A stretch of DNA of 32,000 nt from an archaeon (GCA_035390665.1 DAOOUC010000001.1:108634-140633); one strand, 5' to 3'. Positions 1 to 9,855 are shown, counted from the first letter of the stretch. Notes: generated from the sequence alone by a model not told the origin. Numbers and translations: made by a program.

Positions 1-1
1 G

Positions 2-220
2 CCAATATTAGCAAAGAAGCATTGGGCATTAGGTTTTTTATTATTGATTCCAATAGTTAATATTGTTTTTTCAATAATCTGGTGCTGGGACATCTACAAG
101 AAAAGAAAGTTTTCAGGGGCATTAAGCCTAGTAAAAGCAGGCTATGTGGTAATTCCATTAATTCCCTTTGTTTTTATTGCGGATTTTATAATAATGGGAA
201 TCATTGCTTTTGAGAAGTAA
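2..220 (+). CDS. C-terminal fragment of a small multi-pass membrane protein (truncated at window edge)
   Basis: Open frame from base 2 to TAA at 218-220, reading ...KKHWALGFLLLIPIVNIVFSIIWCWDIYKKRKFSGALSLVKAGYVVIPLIPFVFIADFIIMGIIAFEK; hydrophobic segments. Overlaps the convergent gene by 20 bp. Confidence 0.5.
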   Translation, partial: PILAKKHWALGFLLLIPIVNIVFSIIWCWDIYKKRKFSGALSLVKAGYVVIPLIPFVFIADFIIMGIIAFEK

Positions 221-623
221 TTTTTACAAGCCAAACAACCACAAACAGCATTAGAAACCAAGATATTATGTGAAGCTCTTGATGCAAGCCTATCTTTTCT
301 GATAGCATAACGATGATTATTCTTAACAGGTTTACTAAAAACAGCACAATTGTGCTTACTGCTATTGCTTTATTTGAAATCTTTTGTTTTATTGTCTTTA
401 AGGCAATAACAACCCCTAGATAAGCAGAGACTGAGACAATCCCCGAACAATAAACCACAAAGTCAAAGGCCTCATAATTCACATTGTTTCCAAGAAGCCA
501 AAAGATTAGTTTTTCTTCAAGACCAACTAAGAAGTTACCAAAAATAAAGACGCCGATAGCTAAAAATAAGAAATAGCTAATAAAGAAAACCAAAATAAAT
601 CTAATCTTCTCTTTTGTGTTCAT
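201..623 (-). CDS. Short archaeosortase/exosortase family protein
   Basis: 140 aa, multi-TM; ordered candidate catalytic residues Cys (YCSGIVSVSAYLG), Arg (VNLLRIIIV) and His (LHIISWF), as in the exosortase/archaeosortase superfamily. Confidence 0.7.
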   Translation of the reverse strand: MNTKEKIRFILVFFISYFLFLAIGVFIFGNFLVGLEEKLIFWLLGNNVNYEAFDFVVYCSGIVSVSAYLGVVIALKTIKQKISNKAIAVSTIVLFLVNLLRIIIVMLSEKIGLHQELHIISWFLMLFVVVWLVKITSQKQ

Positions 624-661
624 CTATTATATTATAAATAAATGTCTTTAAAATAGTTAGT

Positions 662-1315
662 TTATATTAAACTAAAAACCAATAAAGATAGTCCACCAAT
701 AATTAATGTTGTTAAAAAATTAGTTTGACTATTATCAAGATATCCTTTGTTTTCAAATAGTGCTCCAATAAAACTATCTATAATTGTTCCAAGCATTCCA
801 AAGCTTGCAATTATTAATGAAATATTGAAGCTTACTTTAAAAATAAAATAAAATAATCCAAAACTAAAAGCTGAAACCATTAAAGCCCCAAATAACCCTA
901 AGATTGTTATTCCGCCATTTGTTCCAGGTTCTACTTCTTTAAAATTAGTTATAAGTCTTGGTTTTATTTTAGATAACCTTCCAATCTCTGAAGAAAGAGT
1001 ATCAGAAAATGCTGCTGCAATTGTTGAAGCAGAAGCATAAATTTGTCCAAAAACAACTAACACCGTTCCAATAAGACAATTGCCTAAAAGATTAATGTAG
1101 TTTCTTTTTTCTTTTTTATTTTTAAGAACAACAGTTATTCCTTCTGCAATACAGAAATAAGAAAGAAGATAAATAAACAACATTATTTTTCCAAAATATA
1201 AAAATACTCCGCTCATTCCAAATATTATAGAAATAGTAAATAGGTCGTATTTTCTAGTAATAAAAAGAATAATTCCTAAAATATAAAAAAAAAGAAGATA
1301 GTAAATAAAACTCAT
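662..1315 (-). CDS. DUF92 (TMEM19/VTE6-like) integral membrane protein
   Basis: 217 aa multi-TM with the signature SDTLSSEIGRLSKIKPRLITNFKEVEPGTNGGITILG. Confidence 0.8.
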   Translation of the reverse strand: MSFIYYLLFFYILGIILFITRKYDLFTISIIFGMSGVFLYFGKIMLFIYLLSYFCIAEGITVVLKNKKEKRNYINLLGNCLIGTVLVVFGQIYASASTIAAAFSDTLSSEIGRLSKIKPRLITNFKEVEPGTNGGITILGLFGALMVSAFSFGLFYFIFKVSFNISLIIASFGMLGTIIDSFIGALFENKGYLDNSQTNFLTTLIIGGLSLLVFSLI

Positions 1316-1324
1316 ATTCTTTCC

Positions 1325-1894
1325 TTATACAACCGTTACTTTAACAACCATAACTTTGTTAACATAACCTAATTTTATAAGTTTTGCTTTACATCTTTCT
1401 GAAATGTGTTGAAATATTAAATCATTCCAGTTTTCTTTTGCTGTTTTTGCTGTAATCTCTTCAGTAAAGAAATCAACAATTGCTTTTCTTGCTTGTGTTC
1501 TTAAAGGTGTTGTGTATTTTGCACCAGTTATTGCAAGAATCTTTAATTTTAATTTGATTCCGTCTTTTGTTGTAACATAGAAAACTGGTTCAATCTTTGA
1601 CTTTTGTCTTCTTATAAGTCTTCTAAGTAGGCTTGTTTTTGCTTCGAATTTTGAAATAACTGTGTCAGCTTTAGCGCCTGTTATTTTATTTATTTTAAAA
1701 CTTACTTCAAAGCTTGAGTCTCTTATATTTCCTGTTAATTCATTTAATCCTTTCTTAACAACTCTTCCAATTAAGTTTTTAGGATTAATTGTGATTGTTT
1801 CTCCGATTTTCTTTTCATCAAAAGTAGTATCTGCAGAAACATCATACCATTTTTTCTTTTTCCATGTATCAACTGTACTTTTTTTATCTGCCAT
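1325..1894 (-). CDS. rps3ae: 30S ribosomal protein S3Ae (eS1)
   Basis: 189 aa: WKKKKWYDVSA...IGETITINPKNLIGRVV...NELTGNIRDSSFEVSFKI...LLRRLIRRQKSKIEPVF. Confidence 0.93.
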   Translation of the reverse strand: MADKKSTVDTWKKKKWYDVSADTTFDEKKIGETITINPKNLIGRVVKKGLNELTGNIRDSSFEVSFKINKITGAKADTVISKFEAKTSLLRRLIRRQKSKIEPVFYVTTKDGIKLKLKILAITGAKYTTPLRTQARKAIVDFFTEEITAKTAKENWNDLIFQHISERCKAKLIKLGYVNKVMVVKVTVV

Positions 1895-1908
1895 AATTTA
1901 AACACCCA

Positions 1909-2313
1909 TCACTTTACAAGTAGCTTTGCTGAGTCATCTGAGTATCTCCAATCGCTACTGATTTTTTTTGCTTTAATATAATGTTTTCTAAGTCTTTTAA
2001 TTTTAGAAACAGTTTTTTGATATCCTCTTTTACCGCTTGTATCTTTTTTATTGTTTTCGTTATGTTTAATTAATTTAACACTTTTATTAATAAGATACAA
2101 TAATTCGTCAGGTAATTTATCGTTTTTTAGATTAAGTTCTTTTTGAACCTTTCCAATCTTTTTACCTGTTGCCTCAAGAACAGAGTTAACTCCATATTTT
2201 TTTTTTAAAGTTAATCCAATTTCTGTTGTTGTCTTACCTTTCTTTGTAAGATCTTCAATTACATCATATATTTCTTTTTTATCTAAAACCTTTTTTTCTG
2301 TTTTATCACTCAT
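1909..2313 (-). CDS. rps15: 30S ribosomal protein S15 (uS15)
   Basis: 134 aa; C-terminal KTVSKIKRLRKHYIKAKKISSDWRYSDDSAKLLVK; adjacent to the eS1 gene. Confidence 0.9.
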   Translation of the reverse strand: MSDKTEKKVLDKKEIYDVIEDLTKKGKTTTEIGLTLKKKYGVNSVLEATGKKIGKVQKELNLKNDKLPDELLYLINKSVKLIKHNENNKKDTSGKRGYQKTVSKIKRLRKHYIKAKKISSDWRYSDDSAKLLVK

Positions 2314-2460
2314 CGTTTAATCACTTTATTTTTATTAATATTAGTCAATTATTTATGTGGCGAATAAAATAATAACTAAAGAAGTTTTTTATACCAAAAA
2401 ATTGGTTAATAATATATATTATCTGTTTCGATTTATTTAAATACGTTTTTATTTTGGTTT

Positions 2461-3045
2461 TTAAAGATATCTTGCTCTTTTCTCTATAATCTCTATTTGG
2501 CTAAGGATCTTTGGTTCTTTTGTTTCTTTTTTATACCCGACTAAGATCTTTTCCCAGAATTTTTCTGTTTTTTTGCTTGCTTTTAAGGTTTTTTTAAAGA
2601 CAAGAAGGTCTGTTGCCTTGTCTTCAATCTTGTTTGAAAGATAACCAAGGCCAAAGTCAATAAAGTAAATCTTTTTAGTCTTTGTTGTTAGAATATTAAT
2701 AAGATTTAAGTCTCCATGTATTATTCCATTATTATGAAGTCTTGCAATTTCTTTTCCAATAGTTTCTAGATATTTTTCATGTTCTTTAGTATTTTCAATC
2801 TTTTCCATAATAATGGTGTTTTCTGTAACAGAGTAAACAACAGGAGTATTAAGACCTAAGCAACTTGCTTTTTTAAGAAGGGTTGCTTCTTGCTTGTTTC
2901 TTGTTTTAATTATTTTTTTATCAAGTACAGGGTCTCTATAGTCCTTAGATATCCTTTCTTTAATAATATTCTTGCCTTTAGAAAAGATTTTAGCTTCAGC
3001 ACCACTATTGATTTCTTTACTCATCAAAACACATCTCAAGTTCAA
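2461..3045 (-). CDS. bud32: KEOPS complex kinase Bud32
   Basis: 194 aa minimal atypical kinase: GAEAKIF, IGKEIARLHNNGIIHGDLNLINIL, IYFIDFGLGYLS, C-terminal EKRARYL. Start probably internal (Met8, position 3024). Confidence 0.88.
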   Translation of the reverse strand: MNLRCVLMSKEINSGAEAKIFSKGKNIIKERISKDYRDPVLDKKIIKTRNKQEATLLKKASCLGLNTPVVYSVTENTIIMEKIENTKEHEKYLETIGKEIARLHNNGIIHGDLNLINILTTKTKKIYFIDFGLGYLSNKIEDKATDLLVFKKTLKASKKTEKFWEKILVGYKKETKEPKILSQIEIIEKRARYL

Positions 3046-3526
3046 GTGCTTTTTCTTTTAGGCCTTCTATGTCGTAATTAGTTAGTGCATCAATATAACT
3101 ATTCCAATAGATTTTATTAAGTTTCTTAGAATAAGTATTATTAAATTTTTCAAGAAGCAATTCTTTATTTTGAATTTGCATTTCAATTCTTGCAACTGTG
3201 CTTCTTGTAATACACCTTGTTTCAAGTTGAGAGTACTCTAAATGTCTATTAATCTTTTTAGCTTCAAGCATTAAATCAAGATATTCTGTAATTGGTCTTG
3301 TGTATTTGTCTTGATTTAGTTCTTCTAATTTTATTTTATATTCTATGTAATTTTCAGGAACAAGATAATTAGAAGTTATAAGATATTCTTCATTAATTTT
3401 AGATATTTTATTTATTTGAAAATTAGCAATAAAACCAATAAACAAGAAGATAATAAGTGCAGTTATAGCTAAAATAACCAAATGTCCCAATATTGTTGTT
3501 GGTTTTCTTTTGGATGCTAATGACAT
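3017..3526 (-). CDS. Hypothetical single-TM protein
   Basis: 169 aa with one N-terminal TM segment (ILGHLVILAITALIIFLFIGFIA) and a charged helical remainder; overlaps both neighbours in the same direction. Confidence 0.65.
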   Translation of the reverse strand: MSLASKRKPTTILGHLVILAITALIIFLFIGFIANFQINKISKINEEYLITSNYLVPENYIEYKIKLEELNQDKYTRPITEYLDLMLEAKKINRHLEYSQLETRCITRSTVARIEMQIQNKELLLEKFNNTYSKKLNKIYWNSYIDALTNYDIEGLKEKALELEMCFDE

Positions 3527-5889
3527 ATTATTTCACTTGTATTTGTGTATTCTATATTATATATATTATGTGTCTTTTTTATATCTTTTTCTATTTTCTC
3601 AAATTTCTTATTTATCTGAATTTTCTCTATTTTGTCCTTTAAAGATAGATTATTTTCTTTCTTGTATTTCCAAATTGTATTGTTAAGGTTTTCAATATCT
3701 TCTAAATTCAAAATGCTTTCGTATTTTTCTGTAGTTGGGTATTTTTCAAGATTTATGTCTTTATTATAAAGTTCTTTAGATATAATTGAAGTTGTAAATG
3801 GAGTTATTGGATATAATAAAACCAAAAACCTTTCTAAACAATAATTAAGAGTATCAATTGCTCCGTTCTGTTCTTCTTTTGAAAATTCTCCTTCTTGATT
3901 ATATGCTCTGCTTTTTACAAGCTCTAAGTAGTTTGAAGAAAAAGTTGTCCATAAGAAGTATTTAAGTTTTACAATAGGGTTATGAAAGTCATATGCCTTA
4001 TATTGTTCATCACAATAATCAATAATTTCATTTATTTCTTTTCTTAAAAGTTTATCAAGTTCAGTATATTCTGCGTTTATTCCTTCATTTCTTTTAAATT
4101 GAGAAATAAACTTAGATGCATTCCAAAGTTTGTTTAGGGTTTTTTGTTCTGAAGATATTCTGTCTTTAGAGCACTTCAAGTCCTTTTCATTTAGATTTCC
4201 TTCATCAGCAACCCAAAGTCTTAAAGATTCTGCACCGTAATCTCTTAATATCTCTTGAGGATCTACAACATTCCCAAGAGATTTAGCCATCTTGTTTCCT
4301 TTGTCGTCTAGAATATGCTGATGTATATAAACATCATCAAAAATTATATTTCCTGTAAACAAGTAACACTTAAGAAGAGTGTAATACAACCAAGTTCTTA
4401 CAATTTCTTTTCCTTGTGGTCTTAGAGTACAAACAGGGTGTTTATTGTAAAATTCAGTTCCATAGTTTAAAACAAACAAAGGAGATATGGATGAATCAAA
4501 CCAAGTATCAAAAACTCTTTGTTCTCCTTCTATCTCTTGACTGCCACATTTTGGACAGCTATTAACTGGTGCTTTTTCACACCAAGGTTTTTGATATTTT
4601 CCAGAGGTTCCTAATATTGCTTCTCCGCAAGTTTTACAATACCAGATAGGAATTTCAGTTGCATAATATCTTCTTCTAGATATTGGCCAATCAATAGAAA
4701 CAACATCTAACCAGTCAAGAAGTATTTTTTTAGTTGCAGGGTTTGTAAAGTTTACTTTTTCAGCAATTTTTCTCATTTCTTCAATATAGTCTAATTGTTT
4801 AAGATAATATTCCTTTAAAGAAATAAATTCAATTTCGTCTTTTGATCTCTCACAGATTGGAACTTTGTGTTGTATTGTTTTTTCTTCAGTAACAAGATTG
4901 TTTGCTTTTAGTTCTTCAATCATTTTTTGTCTTGCTTCTTTTACTTTTAGGCCTTCTAAAAATCCTGCATTGTTATTCATTTTTCCAGTAATATCAATTG
5001 ACATTATTGGTTTAATTCCTTGTTCCATGAAAAATCTAATATCTGAATAATCTCCTGCAGAACACATCATGACTAGCCCAGTTCCCTTATCAACTTTTGC
5101 TTGAGGATGAGATTTGATTGGAACTTCTCTATTAAACAAAGGAGAAATTGCAGTTTTTCCTTCAAGCTTTTGCCAACGTTCATCTTCTGGATTAAATATA
5201 ACCATTCCAAGAGAGCAAACAAGTTCTGGTCTTGTTGTTGCGATTGGTATTTTTTCTCCTGTTTCTTTAACACTAAAAAGTATTGTATAAAATTTAGAAT
5301 CAACAATTGCATAATCTATCTCAGAATCAGCAAGAGTAGTTTTACAACCAGGGCAATAGTTTGTTACTTTTTCATCAAGGTAGATAAGCCCTTTGTTGTA
5401 AAGTTCAATAAATGTAGTTTGAGTGAGTGCTCTGTATTTGTCTGAATCCGTTTTATATAAAGAACCAATTTTTCCATTTTCGTCATAGGTATTAAAAGAA
5501 ATTCCAAGTTCTTTAAAGGTTTTGCTTGTTTGGTTGGAGGTTTCTTCAAGAAGTTGTTTACAATAGTTTACATATTCAACTCTTGGAGTATTAAGAATAG
5601 ACATTTTAAATTTCTTTTCTGCAGCCATTTCAATAGGAAGTCCATTTCTATCAAGTCCATAAGGAAATAATACATTAAATCCTTTTTGTCTTTTGTATCT
5701 AGAAATAAAATCCATTATTGCATAGGTTGAAGCATGCCCCATATGTACTGGACTATTGATGTATGGTGGTGGCGTGTCTATACTATATACTGGAGAATTA
5801 TCTTTTTCTTTAAATTCAAATATTTTAGAATCTATTTCTTTTTGAATAATTTCTTTTTCAAGTTCCTTGTTCCATTTTTCTAATGCCAT
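3517..5889 (-). CDS. valS: Valyl-tRNA synthetase
   Basis: 790 aa class I synthetase: YSIDTPPPYINSPVHMGHAS (HIGH-like), TTRPEL editing domain, KMAKSLGN (KMSKS-like), anticodon-binding C-terminus. Confidence 0.92.
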   Translation of the reverse strand: MALEKWNKELEKEIIQKEIDSKIFEFKEKDNSPVYSIDTPPPYINSPVHMGHASTYAIMDFISRYKRQKGFNVLFPYGLDRNGLPIEMAAEKKFKMSILNTPRVEYVNYCKQLLEETSNQTSKTFKELGISFNTYDENGKIGSLYKTDSDKYRALTQTTFIELYNKGLIYLDEKVTNYCPGCKTTLADSEIDYAIVDSKFYTILFSVKETGEKIPIATTRPELVCSLGMVIFNPEDERWQKLEGKTAISPLFNREVPIKSHPQAKVDKGTGLVMMCSAGDYSDIRFFMEQGIKPIMSIDITGKMNNNAGFLEGLKVKEARQKMIEELKANNLVTEEKTIQHKVPICERSKDEIEFISLKEYYLKQLDYIEEMRKIAEKVNFTNPATKKILLDWLDVVSIDWPISRRRYYATEIPIWYCKTCGEAILGTSGKYQKPWCEKAPVNSCPKCGSQEIEGEQRVFDTWFDSSISPLFVLNYGTEFYNKHPVCTLRPQGKEIVRTWLYYTLLKCYLFTGNIIFDDVYIHQHILDDKGNKMAKSLGNVVDPQEILRDYGAESLRLWVADEGNLNEKDLKCSKDRISSEQKTLNKLWNASKFISQFKRNEGINAEYTELDKLLRKEINEIIDYCDEQYKAYDFHNPIVKLKYFLWTTFSSNYLELVKSRAYNQEGEFSKEEQNGAIDTLNYCLERFLVLLYPITPFTTSIISKELYNKDINLEKYPTTEKYESILNLEDIENLNNTIWKYKKENNLSLKDKIEKIQINKKFEKIEKDIKKTHNIYNIEYTNTSEIICH

Positions 5890-5953
5890 TTATGATTACC
5901 TTGTTAAATATAATATATATTTATGAAAATTAATAATTAAAAATAGAATTGTT

Positions 5954-6637
5954 TTAGATTTTATTAATTTGTTTAATGTATTTAATAAGTATTTTGTTTG
6001 CCTTTATTTCATTGTCGTGAGCATTAATTTGTTCAATGATCTTTTCAACTTTTGCTTGAGCATTTTCGGATTTAAACTGTTGTTTCTTTTTGTTATGGTC
6101 TCCTATGTTGTTATCTTTGTAAATTATTGATTTATTAACAGTGTCTGATAGTTTCTTTCTGTAATCATAGTCTACTAAAAAAGTATCTAGTAAAGTTTCA
6201 TAAGCAGGATCCATTAATACCTCGTCTGTTAGTTTAGTGCTAATAACATCTTCCTTATATTCAGGATTAATCATTTGTTTGATTTTATGTTGCCAGAATT
6301 TCTTCTTAAAAATCATTGTTGCTTTTACTTTCTTGTAGTAATTTTCTGCTTGACTTTTTTCTTTTTCCCAAAAGTTTTTTAGTTTCTTTAGTTTAGAATT
6401 TGTGGCCTCAAGATCATCAATTTTTAATTGTAAATCTGAAATTTTAGGATGAATTATTCTTTTATTTTCAATAATTATAAATTTTCTTTTAAAAAATAGG
6501 TCCAAATAAGGCTTATCATTTGTTTTTTCTAGTCTAAACTCTTGCAAGAATGCTTCGTAGTTGTTTATTGTTTTGGATAATGGCATATTTAAACACATTA
6601 AGCCCATTGTATTTAGATAAAATTTTAGTAAACACAA
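5954..6637 (-). CDS. Hypothetical coiled-coil protein
   Basis: Long Lys/Glu/Asn-rich helical ORF. A TATA-like AATATAAAAAA next to the first Met suggests the true start is internal (e.g. 6607, 6598 or 6586). Confidence 0.55.
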   Translation of the reverse strand: MCLLKFYLNTMGLMCLNMPLSKTINNYEAFLQEFRLEKTNDKPYLDLFFKRKFIIIENKRIIHPKISDLQLKIDDLEATNSKLKKLKNFWEKEKSQAENYYKKVKATMIFKKKFWQHKIKQMINPEYKEDVISTKLTDEVLMDPAYETLLDTFLVDYDYRKKLSDTVNKSIIYKDNNIGDHNKKKQQFKSENAQAKVEKIIEQINAHDNEIKANKILIKYIKQINKI

Positions 6638-6670
6638 TATAAAAAAGTAAAGCTAAATGTTTTTAAAGCT

Positions 6671-6892
6671 TTATAATCTTTCAAATTCGTCTTTAGAAAT
6701 GTTTAAGGTCTTTAAAATCTGATGTATTGTTCCAATTTTTAAAATTTTGTGATTAGGAATAACAAGTATTTTATTTTCCTGATTTTTAAAAATAAGGTGG
6801 CTCCCTTTTTGTCTAATTAATTTATATCCTTGTTTTTCAATAATTTCACAAACGTACTTTGAAGAAGTGTTTTGTAATTTAGACATTAACAC
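6671..6892 (-). CDS. hicA: HicA-family mRNA interferase toxin
   Basis: 73 aa with the HicA signature IIEKQGYKLIRQKGSHLIFKNQENKILVIPNHKILKIGTIHQILKTLNIS, including the conserved GSH histidine. Confidence 0.87.
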   Translation of the reverse strand: MLMSKLQNTSSKYVCEIIEKQGYKLIRQKGSHLIFKNQENKILVIPNHKILKIGTIHQILKTLNISKDEFERL

Positions 6893-7112
6893 TCACTTGC
6901 ATTTGTTTAATAGAAATCGAAGACACAAGATTTTTTAATTTGGTTTTATTTATTTCTTCAGTGTATATCTCTATTGCTTCTTTAATATTTTTTAGAGTAT
7001 CTTTCTCTGTTTCTCCTTCAGAAATACAACCAGGAAGAGAAGGCACATATGCAGTATATCCCCCTTCTTCTTGCTTTTCTAAAATTATATCAAATTTCAT
7101 AGTCTTTTTCAT
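6879..7112 (-). CDS. hicB: HicB-family antitoxin
   Basis: MKFDIILEKQEEGGYTAYVPSLPGCISEGETEKDTLKNIKEAIEIYTEEI. The longer ORF to 7211 is probably over-extended; a TATA-like tract at about 7131-7140 fits a start at 7112 or 7100. Overlaps hicA by 14 bp. Confidence 0.85.
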   Translation of the reverse strand: MKKTMKFDIILEKQEEGGYTAYVPSLPGCISEGETEKDTLKNIKEAIEIYTEEINKTKLKNLVSSISIKQMQVSVNV

Positions 7113-7250
7113 ATATATTACTGATTTAATATATTTAAATATAGCTGGTTTTGTTTTTTGGAATTGTGAGAATTTTTCAAATAATTTTTTGATAATTACA
7201 AAAATTTCCATTTATAATTATTTCTTATCTTAATATATATGTGATAATTT

Positions 7251-7571
7251 ATGTTTGGCGGAATAGATCCTAGAAGAATGCAATCAATGATGAAACAAAT
7301 GGGTATTGAAAATACAGAAATACCTGCAAAAAGAGTAATCATTGAAACTGATTCTAAAAGAATAATTATTGAAAACCCAAATGTTACTCAAGTTTCTATG
7401 CAAGGACAAAAGACTTTTCAAATAATGGGCGAAGTAAGAGAAGAAACAGGCATTCCAGAAGAAGATATTCAAATGGTAATAGATGCAACAAAAAAATCAA
7501 AAGAAGAAGCAAGAAAAGCATTAGAAAAAGAAAATGGAGATATAGCAAAAGCAATTGAATCTCTTCAATAG
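7251..7571 (+). CDS. nac: Archaeal nascent polypeptide-associated complex protein (NAC alpha)
   Basis: 106 aa: MFGGIDPRRMQSMMKQMGI... plus C-terminal UBA domain EETGIPEEDIQMVIDATKKSKEEARKALEKENGDIAKAIESL. Confidence 0.93.
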   Translation: MFGGIDPRRMQSMMKQMGIENTEIPAKRVIIETDSKRIIIENPNVTQVSMQGQKTFQIMGEVREETGIPEEDIQMVIDATKKSKEEARKALEKENGDIAKAIESLQ

Positions 7572-7573
7572 TT

Positions 7574-8848
7574 TTATTTGCTTAAACTTAAATACAATAA
7601 ATTATCTCTTTGATAATATCCTTGTAAATTTAATTCTATTTCTGTTTTATTTAAATCCTCTGGATAATCTAAAAGTACATCTGTTGTTGGTTCTTTATAG
7701 TTGTATTTCTTTCCAGAAATTATAACTTCAGTTGTATCAACAGAAGCAAGAACAGTAAATTTTAATTCTTGGTTGTTTAATTTATTTTTTAATTCAGAAG
7801 CATTTATATCAGAATAATCAAATTCAATATAAGCAGTAACTTCTGGTTCTTGTAGTATTTCTGTATTGGTAATTTCTAAAGCAGAAATTAATTTTGTTTT
7901 TGTCTCCAAGTATTTTTCAAAAGTGATATTATTATCAAAATTAATTGTAGTTATATTTTCATCAACTAAATAATCAACAAAGCCCTTTTCTTCTTTTAAT
8001 ATATTTAATTTACTCTCAATTTCGGTTTTGTTTTTATCAGCAGTATTAATTTGTAATTGTTTAGTAATCTGGTATTCAAAAGAAGTATTTTCGTAGCTTT
8101 CTTTAACTTTATTTTCAATTTCTGTTTTATTTAACTTATCTAAAGAATAATTTATTTGACTATAGATTTTATCTTTAAATTCTGTGATTTTAAAGTTTTC
8201 ATAGCCAATAAGCATTTGGAATTGGTTGCTATTATTTATTTGTTCAATTCCTCTTGATTGTATAAGTTCTGTTCCTCTAAATGTTGCATATGCTGCAACT
8301 GAAAGATTGTCTCCTTTTAATGTTTCCATTCCAAGAATCCCTTCCATATTTTGTACAATAAATTCATATTCTATTTCTTGGTTTTGATCGTTTGTAAATT
8401 TTACTTTTTCAGGTATTTCTAATAATCCAAATTGATAAAATTCAGGTGTTTCAAAAATATTTAGATTTTTTATGCTATCAATTATTTCTTGTTTTTTTTC
8501 AGGAACAACACTTAAAGTTATTATAAGATTAATGTTTCCATCTGCATCTGGCCTAAATTCTATTTGTTTGTTTTTTATTCCAGAGACATCAAGTAGTTTT
8601 GTGTTTATTGAGGTTTCTTCAAAATCTAAAGGTCTTCCCGCAGCAATAATTTGAGGGAATAGTTCTCCAACATTAGCATCAATTGTAGCAGTATAACTTA
8701 CAAGTTCTAAATTTTGATTAGTATCTATTGGAGTATAGTCCTCTCCAGGCGTGCTTGTATTGTCGCTAAATGTAATCATAGCAAATAAAGAGCCCACAAA
8801 AAGTATTACAATTAATAAAGAAAATATTGTTTTTTTATCCATTTTCAT
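7574..8848 (-). CDS. Hypothetical N-terminally anchored extracellular protein
   Basis: 424 aa; N-terminal TM (KKTIFSLLIVILFVGSLFAMITF), remainder predicted outside and rich in N-x-S/T sequons (NYS, NKT, NTS, NIT, NAS). Confidence 0.7.
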   Translation of the reverse strand: MKMDKKTIFSLLIVILFVGSLFAMITFSDNTSTPGEDYTPIDTNQNLELVSYTATIDANVGELFPQIIAAGRPLDFEETSINTKLLDVSGIKNKQIEFRPDADGNINLIITLSVVPEKKQEIIDSIKNLNIFETPEFYQFGLLEIPEKVKFTNDQNQEIEYEFIVQNMEGILGMETLKGDNLSVAAYATFRGTELIQSRGIEQINNSNQFQMLIGYENFKITEFKDKIYSQINYSLDKLNKTEIENKVKESYENTSFEYQITKQLQINTADKNKTEIESKLNILKEEKGFVDYLVDENITTINFDNNITFEKYLETKTKLISALEITNTEILQEPEVTAYIEFDYSDINASELKNKLNNQELKFTVLASVDTTEVIISGKKYNYKEPTTDVLLDYPEDLNKTEIELNLQGYYQRDNLLYLSLSK

Positions 8849-8928
8849 AAATCGTTCACATTAAAATTTTATTTGATAATAATAATATATTATAGAAACT
8901 AAATATATTTAAACTAAATTGATTAAAG

Positions 8929-9855
8929 ATGTCTTTAAAACTAGGGAAAATAAAATTAAAAAATAAAGGTATTCTTGCACCGATGTTAGAATATACAAAT
9001 CTTTCTTTTAGACAGCTTTGTGCAAAAAATAATTGTGCTTTGGCTTACACAGAGATGATTCACACTAGTTACATTTTAAATTCTCCAATAGACGAAATAA
9101 AAAATAAAACAAAAGATGAAGACTATCCTGTTTCTTTGCAGTTAGTTGGGGATTTTACAAATACTAAAGAAACAATTGATGCTTTTACTAAAGTTCAAGA
9201 CATAGAAGATTACGATATTATTGACTTTAATCTGGGATGTCCATCTCCAAAAATTGCAGCAGGAAAAGGAGGGGCAATTCTTCTTAAAGATATTTCAAAA
9301 GTTTCTAAAACTTTAAAAGAAATAAAAGAAATAAGCAATAAGCCAATAACTGCAAAAATTAGATTAGGATATGATAAAGATAATTCTAAAGATATTTTAA
9401 ATAAATTAGAACTTTCTGGAATTGATGCTTTAGCTATTCATGGCCGCTTAGGTGTTTCTGATTATTCAATACCTTCAGATTATAAAAAAGTAATTTCTTT
9501 AGCAAAAGAAACCTCTTTACCAATAATCTATAACGGAGATATTACTTTAGAAACTTCTGATTCTTTTAAAGGCATTGATGAATTTAGTGGATTAATGGTT
9601 GGAAGAGATGCCGTAAGAAACCCAAGTATTTTTTCTAAGATTGCAGGTATCAAACAAAAAACAATCCAAGAAAATATTTCTTTGTTTTTAAAGATTTCAA
9701 AAAAATACAATAACTCAATAATAAATCAAAAACTTGTACTTCTACAAATGCTTGCGGGTTTTAGTGGAGCAAGACAATTGAGAGCGAAATTAACAACTTT
9801 AAAAACACAAGAAGAATTAGATTTGTTTTTAGAAAAACACAAAATAGACAATTAA
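8929..9855 (+). CDS. dus: tRNA-dihydrouridine synthase family protein
   Basis: 308 aa: GILAPMLEYTNLSFRQLC, FNLGCPSPKIAAGKGGAILL, ITAKIRLGYD, ALAIHGR, IIYNGDI, GLMVGRDAVRNPSIF. Confidence 0.9.
   Translation: MSLKLGKIKLKNKGILAPMLEYTNLSFRQLCAKNNCALAYTEMIHTSYILNSPIDEIKNKTKDEDYPVSLQLVGDFTNTKETIDAFTKVQDIEDYDIIDFNLGCPSPKIAAGKGGAILLKDISKVSKTLKEIKEISNKPITAKIRLGYDKDNSKDILNKLELSGIDALAIHGRLGVSDYSIPSDYKKVISLAKETSLPIIYNGDITLETSDSFKGIDEFSGLMVGRDAVRNPSIFSKIAGIKQKTIQENISLFLKISKKYNNSIINQKLVLLQMLAGFSGARQLRAKLTTLKTQEELDLFLEKHKIDN

Noticed and set aside
4865-5549. Several 60-114 aa ORFs overlapping valS in other frames
   Set aside because: All lie inside a well-supported valyl-tRNA synthetase gene and have shadow-like composition.
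6940-7233. 97-aa plus-strand ORF opposite hicB
   Set aside because: The opposite strand encodes a clear HicB; this ORF has no recognisable family features.
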